64,000 nt of DNA from a virus. The notes beneath the pieces are model-generated. The model ran no database searches and was not told the origin of the DNA. It saw only the letters and a list, made by a program, of their open reading frames with translations. The position numbers and the translations under genes were made by a program. The stretch lies in the IMG/VR virus record IMGVR_UViG_3300032245_000762, positions 4,111 through 68,110 of that record. The stretch is one strand, 5' to 3'. Shown in pieces: positions 47,610 to 57,883 of this stretch. Positions within the stretch are counted from its first letter, which is position 1. Each line of letters begins with the position of its first letter.

Positions 47610-48743
47610 ATGATTACTGGACAATATATATTTTATGAAAATGGCAAAGAAATATTAAGATCTTCTAATGTTATTACTAAATTTGGGAAAAGATTTTTTA
47701 CCAATTTGTTAGCTGGCGGAATTAATAATAATAGAAAAGATATTGCTATTGGCATTGATAATACAAATGCTACAGAATCAGACACAAGACTCGGATTTGA
47801 ATTTTATAAAAGTCCAATTATTTTAGGATCGTATGATATTCAATCAACAAATGAAGGCACATCTTCATACGCCGTAATATTTAAAACTATTATTCCACAA
47901 GATGTTCAGGGACATATTAATGAAATTGGCCTTTATCCATCAATTAGTTCTTCTATTAATAACTTAGATACTAAATTTATTACTGAATTTAATTCATATT
48001 TAGATTGGATAGATGAATCTGGCTTTAATGCAGACTCATCTGTATCAGAAACTAGAATATCAAATAATATATTAATTATGCAATCAAATAATGGAATTAA
48101 TAATGAATATACTTACAATGTAAAAGATTTTAATTTATCAAAATATACTAAAAATGATACAATTAGATTAGCATATTATAAATATGATAATAATTTAGAA
48201 AGTATAAAAATAAAATTTTATAGTTCTGATACAGCTTACTTAGAAAAAGATATTGTAGTAGATCCAGGTGTTGGGCATAAAATAAGTCCTAATATTTTAA
48301 TTTCTAATTTTTTAAATAACATGACTAATCCAGCACCAGATCTTTCTAATATTATAAAAATTGGAATTACTGTTGTGCCAAACGGATCTAATTTAACTAG
48401 AGTTGGTATGGACGGATTAAGAATTAATGACGAAGACGTATTTGATCCATTTTATGGAATTCTTAGTAGATCTATAATTAAAAATTATATTAATGCATCT
48501 AGCACAGAATTTGCAGATGTTATTACTGTTGAATCAAATAAAAATATATTTTTACATCAAAAAGTTTCTGGATTTGGTATAGTAGAAAATACTGAAGTTA
48601 TTGATATAAATGGAAATGAAATAACATTATCTATTGAAACAGATAATCCAGTAAATGGAGAAATTATTTTTTATGGTATTAATAAAATATCGGGTCGTTC
48701 TTTAGATATAGAATATAAAATTGATTTAGACTGGAATGCATAA
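47610..48743 (+). CDS. minor tail/baseplate protein
   Basis: NVITKFGKRF, IAIGID...DTRLGFEF and INEIGLY. Confidence 0.6.
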   Translation: MITGQYIFYENGKEILRSSNVITKFGKRFFTNLLAGGINNNRKDIAIGIDNTNATESDTRLGFEFYKSPIILGSYDIQSTNEGTSSYAVIFKTIIPQDVQGHINEIGLYPSISSSINNLDTKFITEFNSYLDWIDESGFNADSSVSETRISNNILIMQSNNGINNEYTYNVKDFNLSKYTKNDTIRLAYYKYDNNLESIKIKFYSSDTAYLEKDIVVDPGVGHKISPNILISNFLNNMTNPAPDLSNIIKIGITVVPNGSNLTRVGMDGLRINDEDVFDPFYGILSRSIIKNYINASSTEFADVITVESNKNIFLHQKVSGFGIVENTEVIDINGNEITLSIETDNPVNGEIIFYGINKISGRSLDIEYKIDLDWNA

Positions 48744-50659
48744 TGGCATATCAAGATTTACTAAAAGACACATCGGCTAGAATTGAAAATGGTAATTATT
48801 TTTTAATTACAATTACAGATTTAAATGTTAATGAAGTATATCCGCTGCAATTTAGATGGAAATATAATGACGGCAGTTTTGGCGATTGGGGTCCTTCAGC
48901 TAGAATAAATACTCCAGGTGCATCTACGCCAGCTACACCATCCGCATTAACAGTTGTTGGCGGTGCTGGATTTTTAACTGTAACTTGGGATGGCAAAGAT
49001 GCTTCTGGTAACACAATGTCAAACATACAAAAACTTGATATTTATATAGATGGTGCACCATTTGACGGATCAAAACCTACAGAATCATTTACTAACGCTG
49101 CAACAAAAACAATTACTGCACCAGCTGGAACTTATATTGTTTCTGCATATGCAGTTTCATCATCAAATACAGTTTCAGCATTTAATGCTCCAGTAACCAG
49201 ATCTGTTACTGCCGCTTCTAAACCACCAGCCACATCAATTCAACCATCAACGCCAACAGTCAAATCTGTTGTTGGCGCAATTCAAATTTCTTGGAATGGT
49301 AAAGATAAAGATGGAAATGATCAACCATACGGATTTAATGCTGCAAAAGTTTATGTTGGAACATCTCCTTCTTTTACACCAACAGATGCAAATCAAGTAG
49401 ATAAATTAAATTTTGCTAATGGTCAAAATGTTTTAAATATTGGAGTAGGCACAGTAGTTGATGGAACATCTTTAGATTACGGTATTAATTATTATGTTCA
49501 AATTGCAACAACAAATGGAACAGATACATCTAGTCCAGTTTATGCCGAAGGAAATCCAGTTCAAATAGGTCAAGTTAAGCCAGAAGATATTTTTGAAGTA
49601 ACTGCAGATAAAATTACTACTGGGACATTGCAATCTAATTCAGTCATAACCGTTGGGTCTACATCTGGTAAACATATTAAAATTTCTGGAACTGGAGATC
49701 CACTAACAATTTATGGATCTGGTGGAATTAATGCTGGAGCAATATTAAGTTTTAATGGATCAAAACTTTCAATTGTAGGAGATGGAACTTTTACTGGTAA
49801 TTTATCAATAGGCTCATCAAACTCTATCTTTAAAGCAGAGCCACTTGCGGGAATTTGGCTAGGAAATTCAGAATATGGTAATGCACCATTTAGCGTTAGC
49901 GTTAATGGAGTAATTAAAGCAAATAGTGGAACAATTGGTGGCTGGACTTTAGGTAGTTCATATTTACAAAATTCTACACAAACATTTCAAATAAATAGTG
50001 TTGACTCTGCTATGCGTATTGGTCCATATGGAAACGGTAAACACATTAAAATAAGTGCAGCATATGGTATTCAACATTTAAATGCTAGTGGATCAGAAAG
50101 TGGTAGTTTTAGTTTAAGTCCAGAAGGTGATTTAAAAATTTCTGGAACAATAACTGCTGGAGAATTTTCAGCTAAAGGTGATACAACTGCATTTTCTAAT
50201 AACTATTGGAATGAAACTGAATTTAGAGTAGGAAATCCTAATAGTTATATTAGAGTTGCTAAAGCATTAGGTAGTGTTATTCTTGCAGCTGGAGAACCAG
50301 CTGGTATTACAGCAGAAGGATTAGATGATGAAGAATATGTTGGCGGTTCAAAAATTGTTTTAGACAATGTTAATGGAACTCAAATATATAATTTACCATT
50401 ATTAAAAAATGGAGTTACTGCTACTGAATATATTGATGGCGGAGGAAGTGTTCTTTCTACTCAATATAGAGATAGCACAAAACCCTGGTATCAATATACC
50501 AAAGGATATGGAGCAGTTGCAAGACAAAGAATGATTGTTGCTGATCCATATGATCAAAATAAATTAAAAAGAGGATTTGGTGTTTATTACGGACAAAGAA
50601 ATAGTGCACCAGGATATTCAACTGGATACGTAGGAGACATTTGGATTAGTTGGGCTTAA
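48743..50659 (+). CDS. tail fibre/spike protein with FN3-like domains
   Basis: FN3-like LTVTWDG / IQISWNG / YYVQI, ADKITTGTL, SGTIGGW beta repeats and C-terminal GDIWISW. Confidence 0.7.
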   Translation: MAYQDLLKDTSARIENGNYFLITITDLNVNEVYPLQFRWKYNDGSFGDWGPSARINTPGASTPATPSALTVVGGAGFLTVTWDGKDASGNTMSNIQKLDIYIDGAPFDGSKPTESFTNAATKTITAPAGTYIVSAYAVSSSNTVSAFNAPVTRSVTAASKPPATSIQPSTPTVKSVVGAIQISWNGKDKDGNDQPYGFNAAKVYVGTSPSFTPTDANQVDKLNFANGQNVLNIGVGTVVDGTSLDYGINYYVQIATTNGTDTSSPVYAEGNPVQIGQVKPEDIFEVTADKITTGTLQSNSVITVGSTSGKHIKISGTGDPLTIYGSGGINAGAILSFNGSKLSIVGDGTFTGNLSIGSSNSIFKAEPLAGIWLGNSEYGNAPFSVSVNGVIKANSGTIGGWTLGSSYLQNSTQTFQINSVDSAMRIGPYGNGKHIKISAAYGIQHLNASGSESGSFSLSPEGDLKISGTITAGEFSAKGDTTAFSNNYWNETEFRVGNPNSYIRVAKALGSVILAAGEPAGITAEGLDDEEYVGGSKIVLDNVNGTQIYNLPLLKNGVTATEYIDGGGSVLSTQYRDSTKPWYQYTKGYGAVARQRMIVADPYDQNKLKRGFGVYYGQRNSAPGYSTGYVGDIWISWA

Positions 50660-52570
50660 ATGGCATTATCAAAAATATTTATTAAAACTAATAAACAATT
50701 TTCTTGGTCAACTGCCAATAAAATATTTGTCAAAACAGACACTATGGGTTCATGGAAAACTGCAAACAGAATTTGGGTTAAAACAAATAAACAATTTGCA
50801 TGGGAATTGGCTTATACATCTGGACCATCAATTGCACAAAGAGTTCAAATTGAACAAACAACCGAATTTAATACTGGCTTAATAACATTAGTTGGTTATA
50901 ATTATTATTGGACAGATTATAATAGTTCAACGTATACTTTTGAAAAATCAATTAATGGTGGAAACACATGGTATGAAATTCAATCTGGAACAATTTTAAA
51001 TCCAATTTCTGGTAATTCTAATCAAAAACAATATGCTATAGATGCTATTACTCCAAATTATGAAAATATTTATAGATTTACAGTAACAACTACTTCAAAT
51101 ACTGGAGAATCTACACTTTCAACTTCAACAACAACCTCAGTTCAAGCACCAAGAGATATAACTAATTTGTCTTATTCCACCAGAAATGCATCATCTGTAT
51201 CTTTAACTTGGACACCATCTCAATATTCAAGTTCTCAATTAGTTCAGTATAAAATAGCAGGATCTAATACTTATACCTGTCCGCCAGGTTATGGAACTGC
51301 ATATCAAGACGGAGGAATTTGGTATTGTCAAAGACTTACATATCCAAATGTTGTTATTGTAGCTACACCACCAACAAGTGTTGGAAATTGGACTGGATAC
51401 AATACATATTCTGGATCAACTAGCTCTGCAACAATTAGTGGATTAAATTCAGGAAAGTCTTATAATTTTAAAATTATTCCATATACCGAAACAAGTTTAA
51501 AAGGATATTCTGGAAATGATTCTAATATACTTACAGTAACAACTGAAACAAGTCAGTATTATTGTAATCCAAAATATAATTTAAATTGTGGTAGTTTAAT
51601 ATATACATCAGAAACAAAACCTACTATAGTTTCGGCAGAAGGTTCTCCATGTTATGTAAGTGATCCAATCACTCAATATAAATATTATACAAATCAAGCA
51701 CAATACGCATGTGATGGAGAGGGAGTTACAGTTAGCAGATACGACAGTCCCTGCCCAGGATGCAGTGTAGTTGGACAAGATACAAGTTATTGGTCATGCA
51801 CTGGCACATCAATTTCTACAGATTCAAATGGAACTGGGTGTCATGGCTGTAGTGTAGACACTGTAACAGATTATGTATGTAAATCACGATTAACATCTTG
51901 CACAGTTCAAAACTATACATGTAAACCAAAAGTTACTACAACCTGCACAAATGGTCCATTTACTAGCACAAATTCAAATGCATATCCCACAAATTGTAGT
52001 AGAACTTCAAACACTACATATACATGCAAAAGTGGAACATCTGGTGGAGATGGATTTTGTTATGTTAATGTTGCTGGCTCCCTTGTTAATGTTGGTAAAG
52101 CAACAGTTACAACAACATATACTTTTTATTTATATGAAAATACAACAACTTGTAATGGATCTACAATAGCAACTGATGCAAGCGGAACTGGATGTTTAGG
52201 ATGTGCTGTAACAACTAATACTAGTATTGAAAATTGTTATAAATGTGATGGCGCTGGATATTCAGTTAGTGGATTTGATTCTAGTTGTCCAGGATGCTCT
52301 ATTACAACTAATGTTACAAGAACGTGTCGTCCAGTGTATATATCTGACACTAGCCTGGTTTGTAAAAGTAGATTATATTATACATGCACACAAGGACCAT
52401 ATTGGTCAGATACAAATCCAGCAAGCTATTCTTGCGGAAATATAGACTTAGTTACCTCATATAATTATAAAAAATATGTTTCAGAATATACATGTAATAA
52501 CACTACATCTTACTTTACATCTATTGCAAACGACCCAGAATGCAAAGGATGCCAAATAAATACGCTATAG
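50660..52570 (+). CDS. FN3-containing, cysteine-rich putative receptor-binding/tip protein
   Basis: N-terminal 3x KI(F/W)(I/V)KT...W; FN3 (SLTWTP, ISGLNSGKSYNFKI); about 30 Cys including five CxGC motifs. Confidence 0.7.
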   Translation: MALSKIFIKTNKQFSWSTANKIFVKTDTMGSWKTANRIWVKTNKQFAWELAYTSGPSIAQRVQIEQTTEFNTGLITLVGYNYYWTDYNSSTYTFEKSINGGNTWYEIQSGTILNPISGNSNQKQYAIDAITPNYENIYRFTVTTTSNTGESTLSTSTTTSVQAPRDITNLSYSTRNASSVSLTWTPSQYSSSQLVQYKIAGSNTYTCPPGYGTAYQDGGIWYCQRLTYPNVVIVATPPTSVGNWTGYNTYSGSTSSATISGLNSGKSYNFKIIPYTETSLKGYSGNDSNILTVTTETSQYYCNPKYNLNCGSLIYTSETKPTIVSAEGSPCYVSDPITQYKYYTNQAQYACDGEGVTVSRYDSPCPGCSVVGQDTSYWSCTGTSISTDSNGTGCHGCSVDTVTDYVCKSRLTSCTVQNYTCKPKVTTTCTNGPFTSTNSNAYPTNCSRTSNTTYTCKSGTSGGDGFCYVNVAGSLVNVGKATVTTTYTFYLYENTTTCNGSTIATDASGTGCLGCAVTTNTSIENCYKCDGAGYSVSGFDSSCPGCSITTNVTRTCRPVYISDTSLVCKSRLYYTCTQGPYWSDTNPASYSCGNIDLVTSYNYKKYVSEYTCNNTTSYFTSIANDPECKGCQINTL

Positions 52571-52596
52571 ACAAAAATCTTGATATATTGTATAAT
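52568..52596 (+). promoter_or_regulatory. promoter
   Basis: TAGACA-N17-TATAAT; SD AAGGAG before 52622. Confidence 0.6.
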
Positions 52597-52621
52597 AATT
52601 AAAATCAAAGGAGTAATTTAA

Positions 52622-52855
52622 ATGACAATTCCAGACGGAACTAATTTGCCACCAGTTAAAATAGCATTTGTTATTGATGGAGAGATAGCAGATATATTGC
52701 ATACTGATGAGCGTTTAGCCGCTATTTTTACCAGTGAACCCTTAATGTTAGATGTAACAAATAAGGTAGGTAAAAATGGTATTGCTGTTGGATATTTATA
52801 TAATTATGAAACTGGAGAATTTACGCCTCCATTACAAACAGAGAATAGGGAATAA
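52622..52855 (+). CDS. hypothetical protein (possible fibre-assembly helper)
   Basis: KIAFVIDGE....GYLYN...EFTPP, resembling small proteins that follow phage fibre genes. Confidence 0.55.
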   Translation: MTIPDGTNLPPVKIAFVIDGEIADILHTDERLAAIFTSEPLMLDVTNKVGKNGIAVGYLYNYETGEFTPPLQTENRE

Positions 52856-52857
52856 TT

Positions 52858-53127
52858 GTGTCAAAATCTAATTGGCAATTATGGAAAGAAAAACAAGCGG
52901 GAGACACGGTAAGACCATGGGATTTAATAAATCCAAATATTGAACATGTAGATGAAGAAACTCAACAACATAGATATAATATTTGTTTAAGCTGTCCATC
53001 ATTAATACAAGCAACAAAACAATGTAAAAAGTGTGCATGTTTTATGAATCAAAAAACTAAATTGCCACACGCATCTTGCCCATTAGGAAAATGGGGAGAA
53101 CATAGAGAGGTAGAAGATGTTATATGA
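52858..53127 (+). CDS. small Cys-rich metal-binding protein (DUF6171-like)
   Basis: RY.ICLSCP......CKKCACFM..KTKL..ASCPLGKW. Confidence 0.65.
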   Translation: MSKSNWQLWKEKQAGDTVRPWDLINPNIEHVDEETQQHRYNICLSCPSLIQATKQCKKCACFMNQKTKLPHASCPLGKWGEHREVEDVI

Positions 53128-53348
53128 CAGAACTCTCTAAAGAAGAAAAGATTGCCATTATAAATCAACATATTAGAAATGCTCGTCTTAATGAATATAA
53201 TGGACAAGTTGCTCTTATTGTTGAAAATACAAAAGATCAAATAAATCAAATTGATGTAGATCAATTAAAAAAACAAATTGTTTCTGAACAAAATAAAATA
53301 GAAATTTTACAAAAAGAAATTGATAGATTATTGAGCATCAATAACTAA
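53124..53348 (+). CDS. hypothetical coiled-coil protein
   Basis: 74 aa; ATGA overlap with the upstream gene. Confidence 0.55.
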   Translation: MTELSKEEKIAIINQHIRNARLNEYNGQVALIVENTKDQINQIDVDQLKKQIVSEQNKIEILQKEIDRLLSINN

Positions 53349-53368
53349 TTTTAAATAGGAGAAATAAA

Positions 53369-53557
53369 ATGCAAGATAAAGCAGAATTAATAATTACTGC
53401 CTTACAACAAAGAATTGGAGAAATTGTTTCTAATTATGAAACTCAAATTGCAATTTTACGGGCAGAAATTACACAACTTGTTGAACAAAACAAAGAAAAT
53501 GATAAAAATGAAGCTATTCAGGAATATTCAAATTCCCTTAGTAACTTTACCAACTAG
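53369..53557 (+). CDS. hypothetical coiled-coil protein
   Basis: SD AGGAG; heptad pattern. Confidence 0.55.
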   Translation: MQDKAELIITALQQRIGEIVSNYETQIAILRAEITQLVEQNKENDKNEAIQEYSNSLSNFTN

Positions 53558-53903
53558 TTTCCCTTCAGGTATTGCCGTTCAAACAGACAAGGCTTGTTAT
53601 TGGATTAAAGATGGCAAAAGGTATAGATTAATTTCTAAAAGAGCTCAAGATTCATGGCAGTTTACAACAGTAAATGCTACTGAAGAATCTTTATCTAATA
53701 TTAAGATTGCAGGAAAACTAGGATTTAGGGACGGCACCTTGATAAAAAACATAGCAGATGGTAAAATGTATTTAATATCGCAAAATAAAAAAAGGCATAT
53801 TGTTGATCCTGACACATTTAATAGATACGGTTTAAATAGATCAAAGTTAATTGAAGTTAGTGAAATTGAAACAAATGCTCACGAAATAGGAGAATTTTTA
53901 TAA
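53508..53903 (+). CDS. hypothetical protein with two internal G..(V/I).....K.Y.I...K repeats
   Basis: Track start is 53415 (TTG); in-frame ATG 53508 is more plausible. Confidence 0.55.
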   Translation: MKLFRNIQIPLVTLPTSFPSGIAVQTDKACYWIKDGKRYRLISKRAQDSWQFTTVNATEESLSNIKIAGKLGFRDGTLIKNIADGKMYLISQNKKRHIVDPDTFNRYGLNRSKLIEVSEIETNAHEIGEFL

Positions 53904-54340
53904 TGGCAGACAATAAATGGAAAACAGTAACTTTTAACGAAGGTGCGCCATTAGACCCTAATGATTTAAATCAATTACAAGTTAATTTAACTAATGTATT
54001 TACAACTTCAACATCATTGTTAAATGCAACAATGGATGCAAGCGGTAAAAACAAAGTTGCTTTAGTCGATTGCGGAACTGTTGATGTTCAATTAAGCGGA
54101 ACAGCCAATCTGCCATCTGCAGCCAAACAAGTAACCTTAAACTCATCATTTACTCCAGGTGCCCCAATATCATTCGTGGCATCGGTAGGAGAAGATTTAA
54201 AAAAAGAGCTTGGCGTTATTTCAGTTTCGGCAAGAATTGATATTAAATCTTTAGTAGGAACAATTATTATTTCTTCTAACTTAACTAGCAAATCCACAAT
54301 AACATTGAACTGGATAGCCACTCAACTAAAAGACGTATAG
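53903..54340 (+). CDS. hypothetical structural protein
   Basis: FNEGAPLDP.DLN.L N-terminus and LNWIA C-terminus, as in small fibre/H-lectin-like tails. Confidence 0.5.
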   Translation: MADNKWKTVTFNEGAPLDPNDLNQLQVNLTNVFTTSTSLLNATMDASGKNKVALVDCGTVDVQLSGTANLPSAAKQVTLNSSFTPGAPISFVASVGEDLKKELGVISVSARIDIKSLVGTIIISSNLTSKSTITLNWIATQLKDV

Positions 54341-54342
54341 TC

Positions 54343-54370
54343 TTGACAGACTACAATAATATGTTACAAT
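54343..54370 (+). promoter_or_regulatory. promoter of the replication module
   Basis: TTGACA-N16-TACAAT with TGn. Confidence 0.6.
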
Positions 54371-54384
54371 TACCTGTAGCATAC

Positions 54385-54409
54385 AAAGTCACGAGTTCGT
54401 GACTTTTTT
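54385..54409 (+). terminator. terminator-like perfect inverted repeat
   Basis: AAAGTCACGA-GT-TCGTGACTTT followed by TTT. Confidence 0.55.
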
Positions 54410-54426
54410 AATTTAAGGATATATGA

Positions 54427-55227
54427 ATGTCAAATGATTTAAAATGGATGTTGTCTTCGGATCAACAATTCCCATATCAAGATGACAAGGCCATTGCTTT
54501 GTGGTTTAAGGTTATGAAATGGTTTAAGCCAGATGTTGTTGATTATTTGGGAGACACTGATGACCAAGCATGCTATAGCAAATACACAGAAGGACGTTCT
54601 GCAGAATTCTTAAATTTACACAAAACAGATAGCAAGGATTTAATTGTTCCAATGATGAGACATGAAGCAAAAGAGGCCAGAGATTTCTATGCTAAAACTC
54701 GTGAAATGTTGCCAGACGCACAATTATTTTCAGCATTAGGAAATCATGATATTAGAATTTTTAATTATGTTGATGCCAAGCTTCCAGACTATATTAAAGA
54801 CGTTACTCCAGAATCATTATGGAGTTTAGATTCATTAGGATATGAATATATTTATTATAATGAATTGCCTAAACGCCGTTTTGGTGATATACATGTTCAT
54901 CATGGACTTTCCGTATCAGTAACTGGTGCTGTAAGAAAAGATATGGAAGACTTACAAGTTTCTTTAATACGTGGACACTCACATAGAATTGCTTCTCATA
55001 TGGTAACTTATGAACTTAGAAATAATGGCGAGGGAGAAACACTTCGTGGTTATGAGATTGGTCACATGTGTGATGAAAAGAGCGATGGAATGAAATATAG
55101 TCAGCACCATGACTGGCAAAAGGGATTTGCTGTGGCGCATATCGTAAACGATTACCCACACATTCAAATGATTCACGTATCACCAGACTATTCTTGTGTG
55201 GTTGATGGGAAGTTGTTTACTTTATAA
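54427..55227 (+). CDS. calcineurin-like metallophosphoesterase
   Basis: SDQQ, LGDTDD, LGNHD, HHG and RGHSH motifs. Confidence 0.85.
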   Translation: MSNDLKWMLSSDQQFPYQDDKAIALWFKVMKWFKPDVVDYLGDTDDQACYSKYTEGRSAEFLNLHKTDSKDLIVPMMRHEAKEARDFYAKTREMLPDAQLFSALGNHDIRIFNYVDAKLPDYIKDVTPESLWSLDSLGYEYIYYNELPKRRFGDIHVHHGLSVSVTGAVRKDMEDLQVSLIRGHSHRIASHMVTYELRNNGEGETLRGYEIGHMCDEKSDGMKYSQHHDWQKGFAVAHIVNDYPHIQMIHVSPDYSCVVDGKLFTL

Positions 55228-55412
55228 TGTGGTGTAAAAAATGTAGTGGTAGAGTATTTATAGATAGGGTGTTTTCCCAAAAACTTCACATAGAGGTTTA
55301 TTGCCTTATGTGTGGAAAAAGATGGATGATTAATAAGGAATCGAGTGCTTTTGGAAAATGGATAAACAAAAAAGAAGAGCAACACAAAAAAACTTACGGT
55401 ATTTCTTCTTAA
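55227..55412 (+). CDS. small zinc-ribbon protein
   Basis: CKKC...CLMC. Confidence 0.65.
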   Translation: MWCKKCSGRVFIDRVFSQKLHIEVYCLMCGKRWMINKESSAFGKWINKKEEQHKKTYGISS

Positions 55413-55840
55413 ATAATAAAATACATAAAGTTATTAGAGCTTCAAGATCTAAAGACGAGCTTGTTGCTTGGTGTTATCCAGACAAAAAAAGAGTTCTTTA
55501 TTCTTTTGTAGATGTGCAAAAAAATATGGAAACAGCATATACTATCAAACAAGTTGCTGAAATATTAAATAAGCATAAGATAACTATAGAAGATTATATT
55601 TTAGAAGGCAAGGTTAGAAAGCCACAAAAAATTTATTCTATTGGTAACCCAGAAGGAAAGTGGTCTAAATTCATGTTTGATGAAAATGATATATTTGATA
55701 TTCATGAGCATATATTGGATTCAGGACACTCAAAGAATATTCCTTCAAAAAATGAATTAAGGGCTCTTCTCAAAAACAACATGATATTGTATACTAAGAC
55801 AGGCGAGGGCAAATTTGTCCCAGTATGGAAGGCGGAGTAA
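55358..55840 (+). CDS. helix-turn-helix (MerR/excisionase-like) DNA-binding protein
   Basis: YTIKQVAEILNKHKITIEDYILEG. Confidence 0.65.
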   Translation: MDKQKRRATQKNLRYFFLNNKIHKVIRASRSKDELVAWCYPDKKRVLYSFVDVQKNMETAYTIKQVAEILNKHKITIEDYILEGKVRKPQKIYSIGNPEGKWSKFMFDENDIFDIHEHILDSGHSKNIPSKNELRALLKNNMILYTKTGEGKFVPVWKAE

Positions 55841-56043
55841 TGACAACTAAAGTTAAAGTGGATCTATCTTTTACACGAAATTTAGGAAATTATGAAAGTA
55901 TTAAAATTAGTGTAGGAGTTGAAGATGATGTTCGTCAAGGAGAAAATGTTGATACCGCAACCGAAAGAGTGTATAAATTTGTTGAAGAAAAATTGATTAA
56001 AAAAACAAATGAAATAGAAGAGGAGTTAAAGGGTGGCAAATAG
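55840..56043 (+). CDS. conserved hypothetical protein
   Basis: TRNLGNYESIKI motif; TAATG coupling favours ATG 55840. Confidence 0.6.
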   Translation: MTTKVKVDLSFTRNLGNYESIKISVGVEDDVRQGENVDTATERVYKFVEEKLIKKTNEIEEELKGGK

Positions 56044-56350
56044 TAAAGAGCCATATATTTTAATTTCTCTATATCAAAATTTGTATAAAGAAAAATATGG
56101 TAAAGTTGTTTCTATAAATAAGTTTAGAGAAAAATGGGCCATGCAAGATGTTATAGATAGTGTAGGTTTTGATCGTGCAAAAGATATATTAGAGTATTAT
56201 TTTAAAACATCTAAGAGTGGACATCCACTTCAATTCTTTTATTTTAACTTTGATAGGATTGGGCATTTAATGATTGAAATTGAAAAGGATAAAGACAATC
56301 GTCGTGTCCTAAGAGAAGCAACTAGACAAATGGTTGAGGGCGGAGAATAA
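56033..56350 (+). CDS. hypothetical protein upstream of helicase
   Basis: GTG start, SD GGAG, stop coupled to the helicase ATG. Confidence 0.6.
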   Translation: MANSKEPYILISLYQNLYKEKYGKVVSINKFREKWAMQDVIDSVGFDRAKDILEYYFKTSKSGHPLQFFYFNFDRIGHLMIEIEKDKDNRRVLREATRQMVEGGE

Positions 56351-57603
56351 TGAATACAGAGGCAACTTTAATATCTGCAGTATGTAAAAACAAAGATATC
56401 AGCACGTTACTTGCAGATAACGTAGATGACTTATTTACTTCCCACAGGGATATCTGGGAAGGCCTAAAGTCTTATTATTATAAATTTAAAGCTGTTCCTG
56501 AAGTTGGTATTCTTCAAGAAAAGTTTAAGGATTTTGATCCAGACACAAACGTAAAAGCAGAGACTGGATATTATTTAGATAAACTTAAAAGCGAGTTTTT
56601 ATCTAACAAATTAAAATCAATTATTTTAAAGGGCGGTTCAAGTCTTAAGGAAGATGCCCCATCTAGAGTGCTTGCACAAATGCAAAGTGATTTAGCTAGT
56701 CTTAGCAGATATACAAATAATGTAAGAGATTTAGATGTTACAGATGCAGAAGCAGCCGCTAGACATTTTGAGGCAGTTAAAACACGTTCTGCTGCAATGG
56801 GTGGTTCTCCAGGAATTATAACTGGATTTGATGCAATTGATAAAGCTTATCCTACTGGAATGGCACCAGGTCATCTTATTGTAGCAATTGGTTGGCCAGG
56901 AAGAGGAAAGACTTGGTTTACTTCCTATCTTGCCTGTAAAGCTTGGGAGCAAGGATTTAAACCAATGATTGTTTCTCTTGAAATGTCTCCCGAAAATATG
57001 CGTGATCGTATATACACAATGCTTGGGTCTGGTCTATTTAAGGCATCTGATTTTTCAAAAGGTGATGTTAACGTAGACGATTTCAGGTCTTGGTCCACAA
57101 AGAAATTTGAAGGAAAAAATAGTTTTATTCTAGTTTCCAATGAAGGTAATACAGAAGTAACTCCAGCAACTATTCAAGGAAAGATTGACCAGCATAAACC
57201 AGACCTGGTAATTCTTGACTATCACCAATTGTTTAATGATAACAAACGAAGCAATTCTGAAGTTGAACGTAACAGAAATATTTCTCGTGAATTTAAACTG
57301 CTTGCGGTATCAAATAATATTCCAATTATTGATATTACTGCTGCAACAGCAGATGATATTTCAGATCAGGATAACCCACCAATGATGAGTCAGGTTGCAT
57401 GGTCTAAAGCAATTGAATATGATGCTGATATGGCTATGGCTATTCATCGTTATCCAGGAACAAATATGATTGAGGTTGTGTCACGTAAAAACCGTCACGG
57501 TCATGAATTTGATTTTTATTTAGACTGGGATATCAATCGTGGTATCGTCAAAGAAATATATGAGAATTTGCCAGAGCTAAACGGTGACTCACAAAAGAAT
57601 TAA
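56350..57603 (+). CDS. dnaB: DnaB-like replicative helicase
   Basis: TGF..ID, Walker A GWPGRGKT, SLEMS, ILDY, IEYDAD and KNRHG. Confidence 0.92.
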   Translation: MNTEATLISAVCKNKDISTLLADNVDDLFTSHRDIWEGLKSYYYKFKAVPEVGILQEKFKDFDPDTNVKAETGYYLDKLKSEFLSNKLKSIILKGGSSLKEDAPSRVLAQMQSDLASLSRYTNNVRDLDVTDAEAAARHFEAVKTRSAAMGGSPGIITGFDAIDKAYPTGMAPGHLIVAIGWPGRGKTWFTSYLACKAWEQGFKPMIVSLEMSPENMRDRIYTMLGSGLFKASDFSKGDVNVDDFRSWSTKKFEGKNSFILVSNEGNTEVTPATIQGKIDQHKPDLVILDYHQLFNDNKRSNSEVERNRNISREFKLLAVSNNIPIIDITAATADDISDQDNPPMMSQVAWSKAIEYDADMAMAIHRYPGTNMIEVVSRKNRHGHEFDFYLDWDINRGIVKEIYENLPELNGDSQKN

Positions 57604-57883
57604 AAGATTTCAGATATCAGTTGAGTTTAAAGATGATTCAGACATGATCAGAGTTAAACATCAATACGAGTCTATGTTGTCTCAAAGTATGAGATCAAAA
57701 GGATACGCAAAAATCCTTGACATAGATACTGCATTTTCGGTAGAATTTACTGGCGAGACATGGAAGTTCTTAATGACCTTACATGGAGTATACGTAGGAA
57801 AGAAGAAGGCATGGCTATCAGAGGGTATGACACAAGGAAAGTTGATTCCACGCAATACTCCCCTGCTCACATCAAATCAGTAA
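57584..57883 (+). CDS. conserved hypothetical protein between helicase and primase
   Basis: 99-aa ORF with GTG start overlapping both neighbours. Confidence 0.6.
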   Translation: MTHKRIKRFQISVEFKDDSDMIRVKHQYESMLSQSMRSKGYAKILDIDTAFSVEFTGETWKFLMTLHGVYVGKKKAWLSEGMTQGKLIPRNTPLLTSNQ

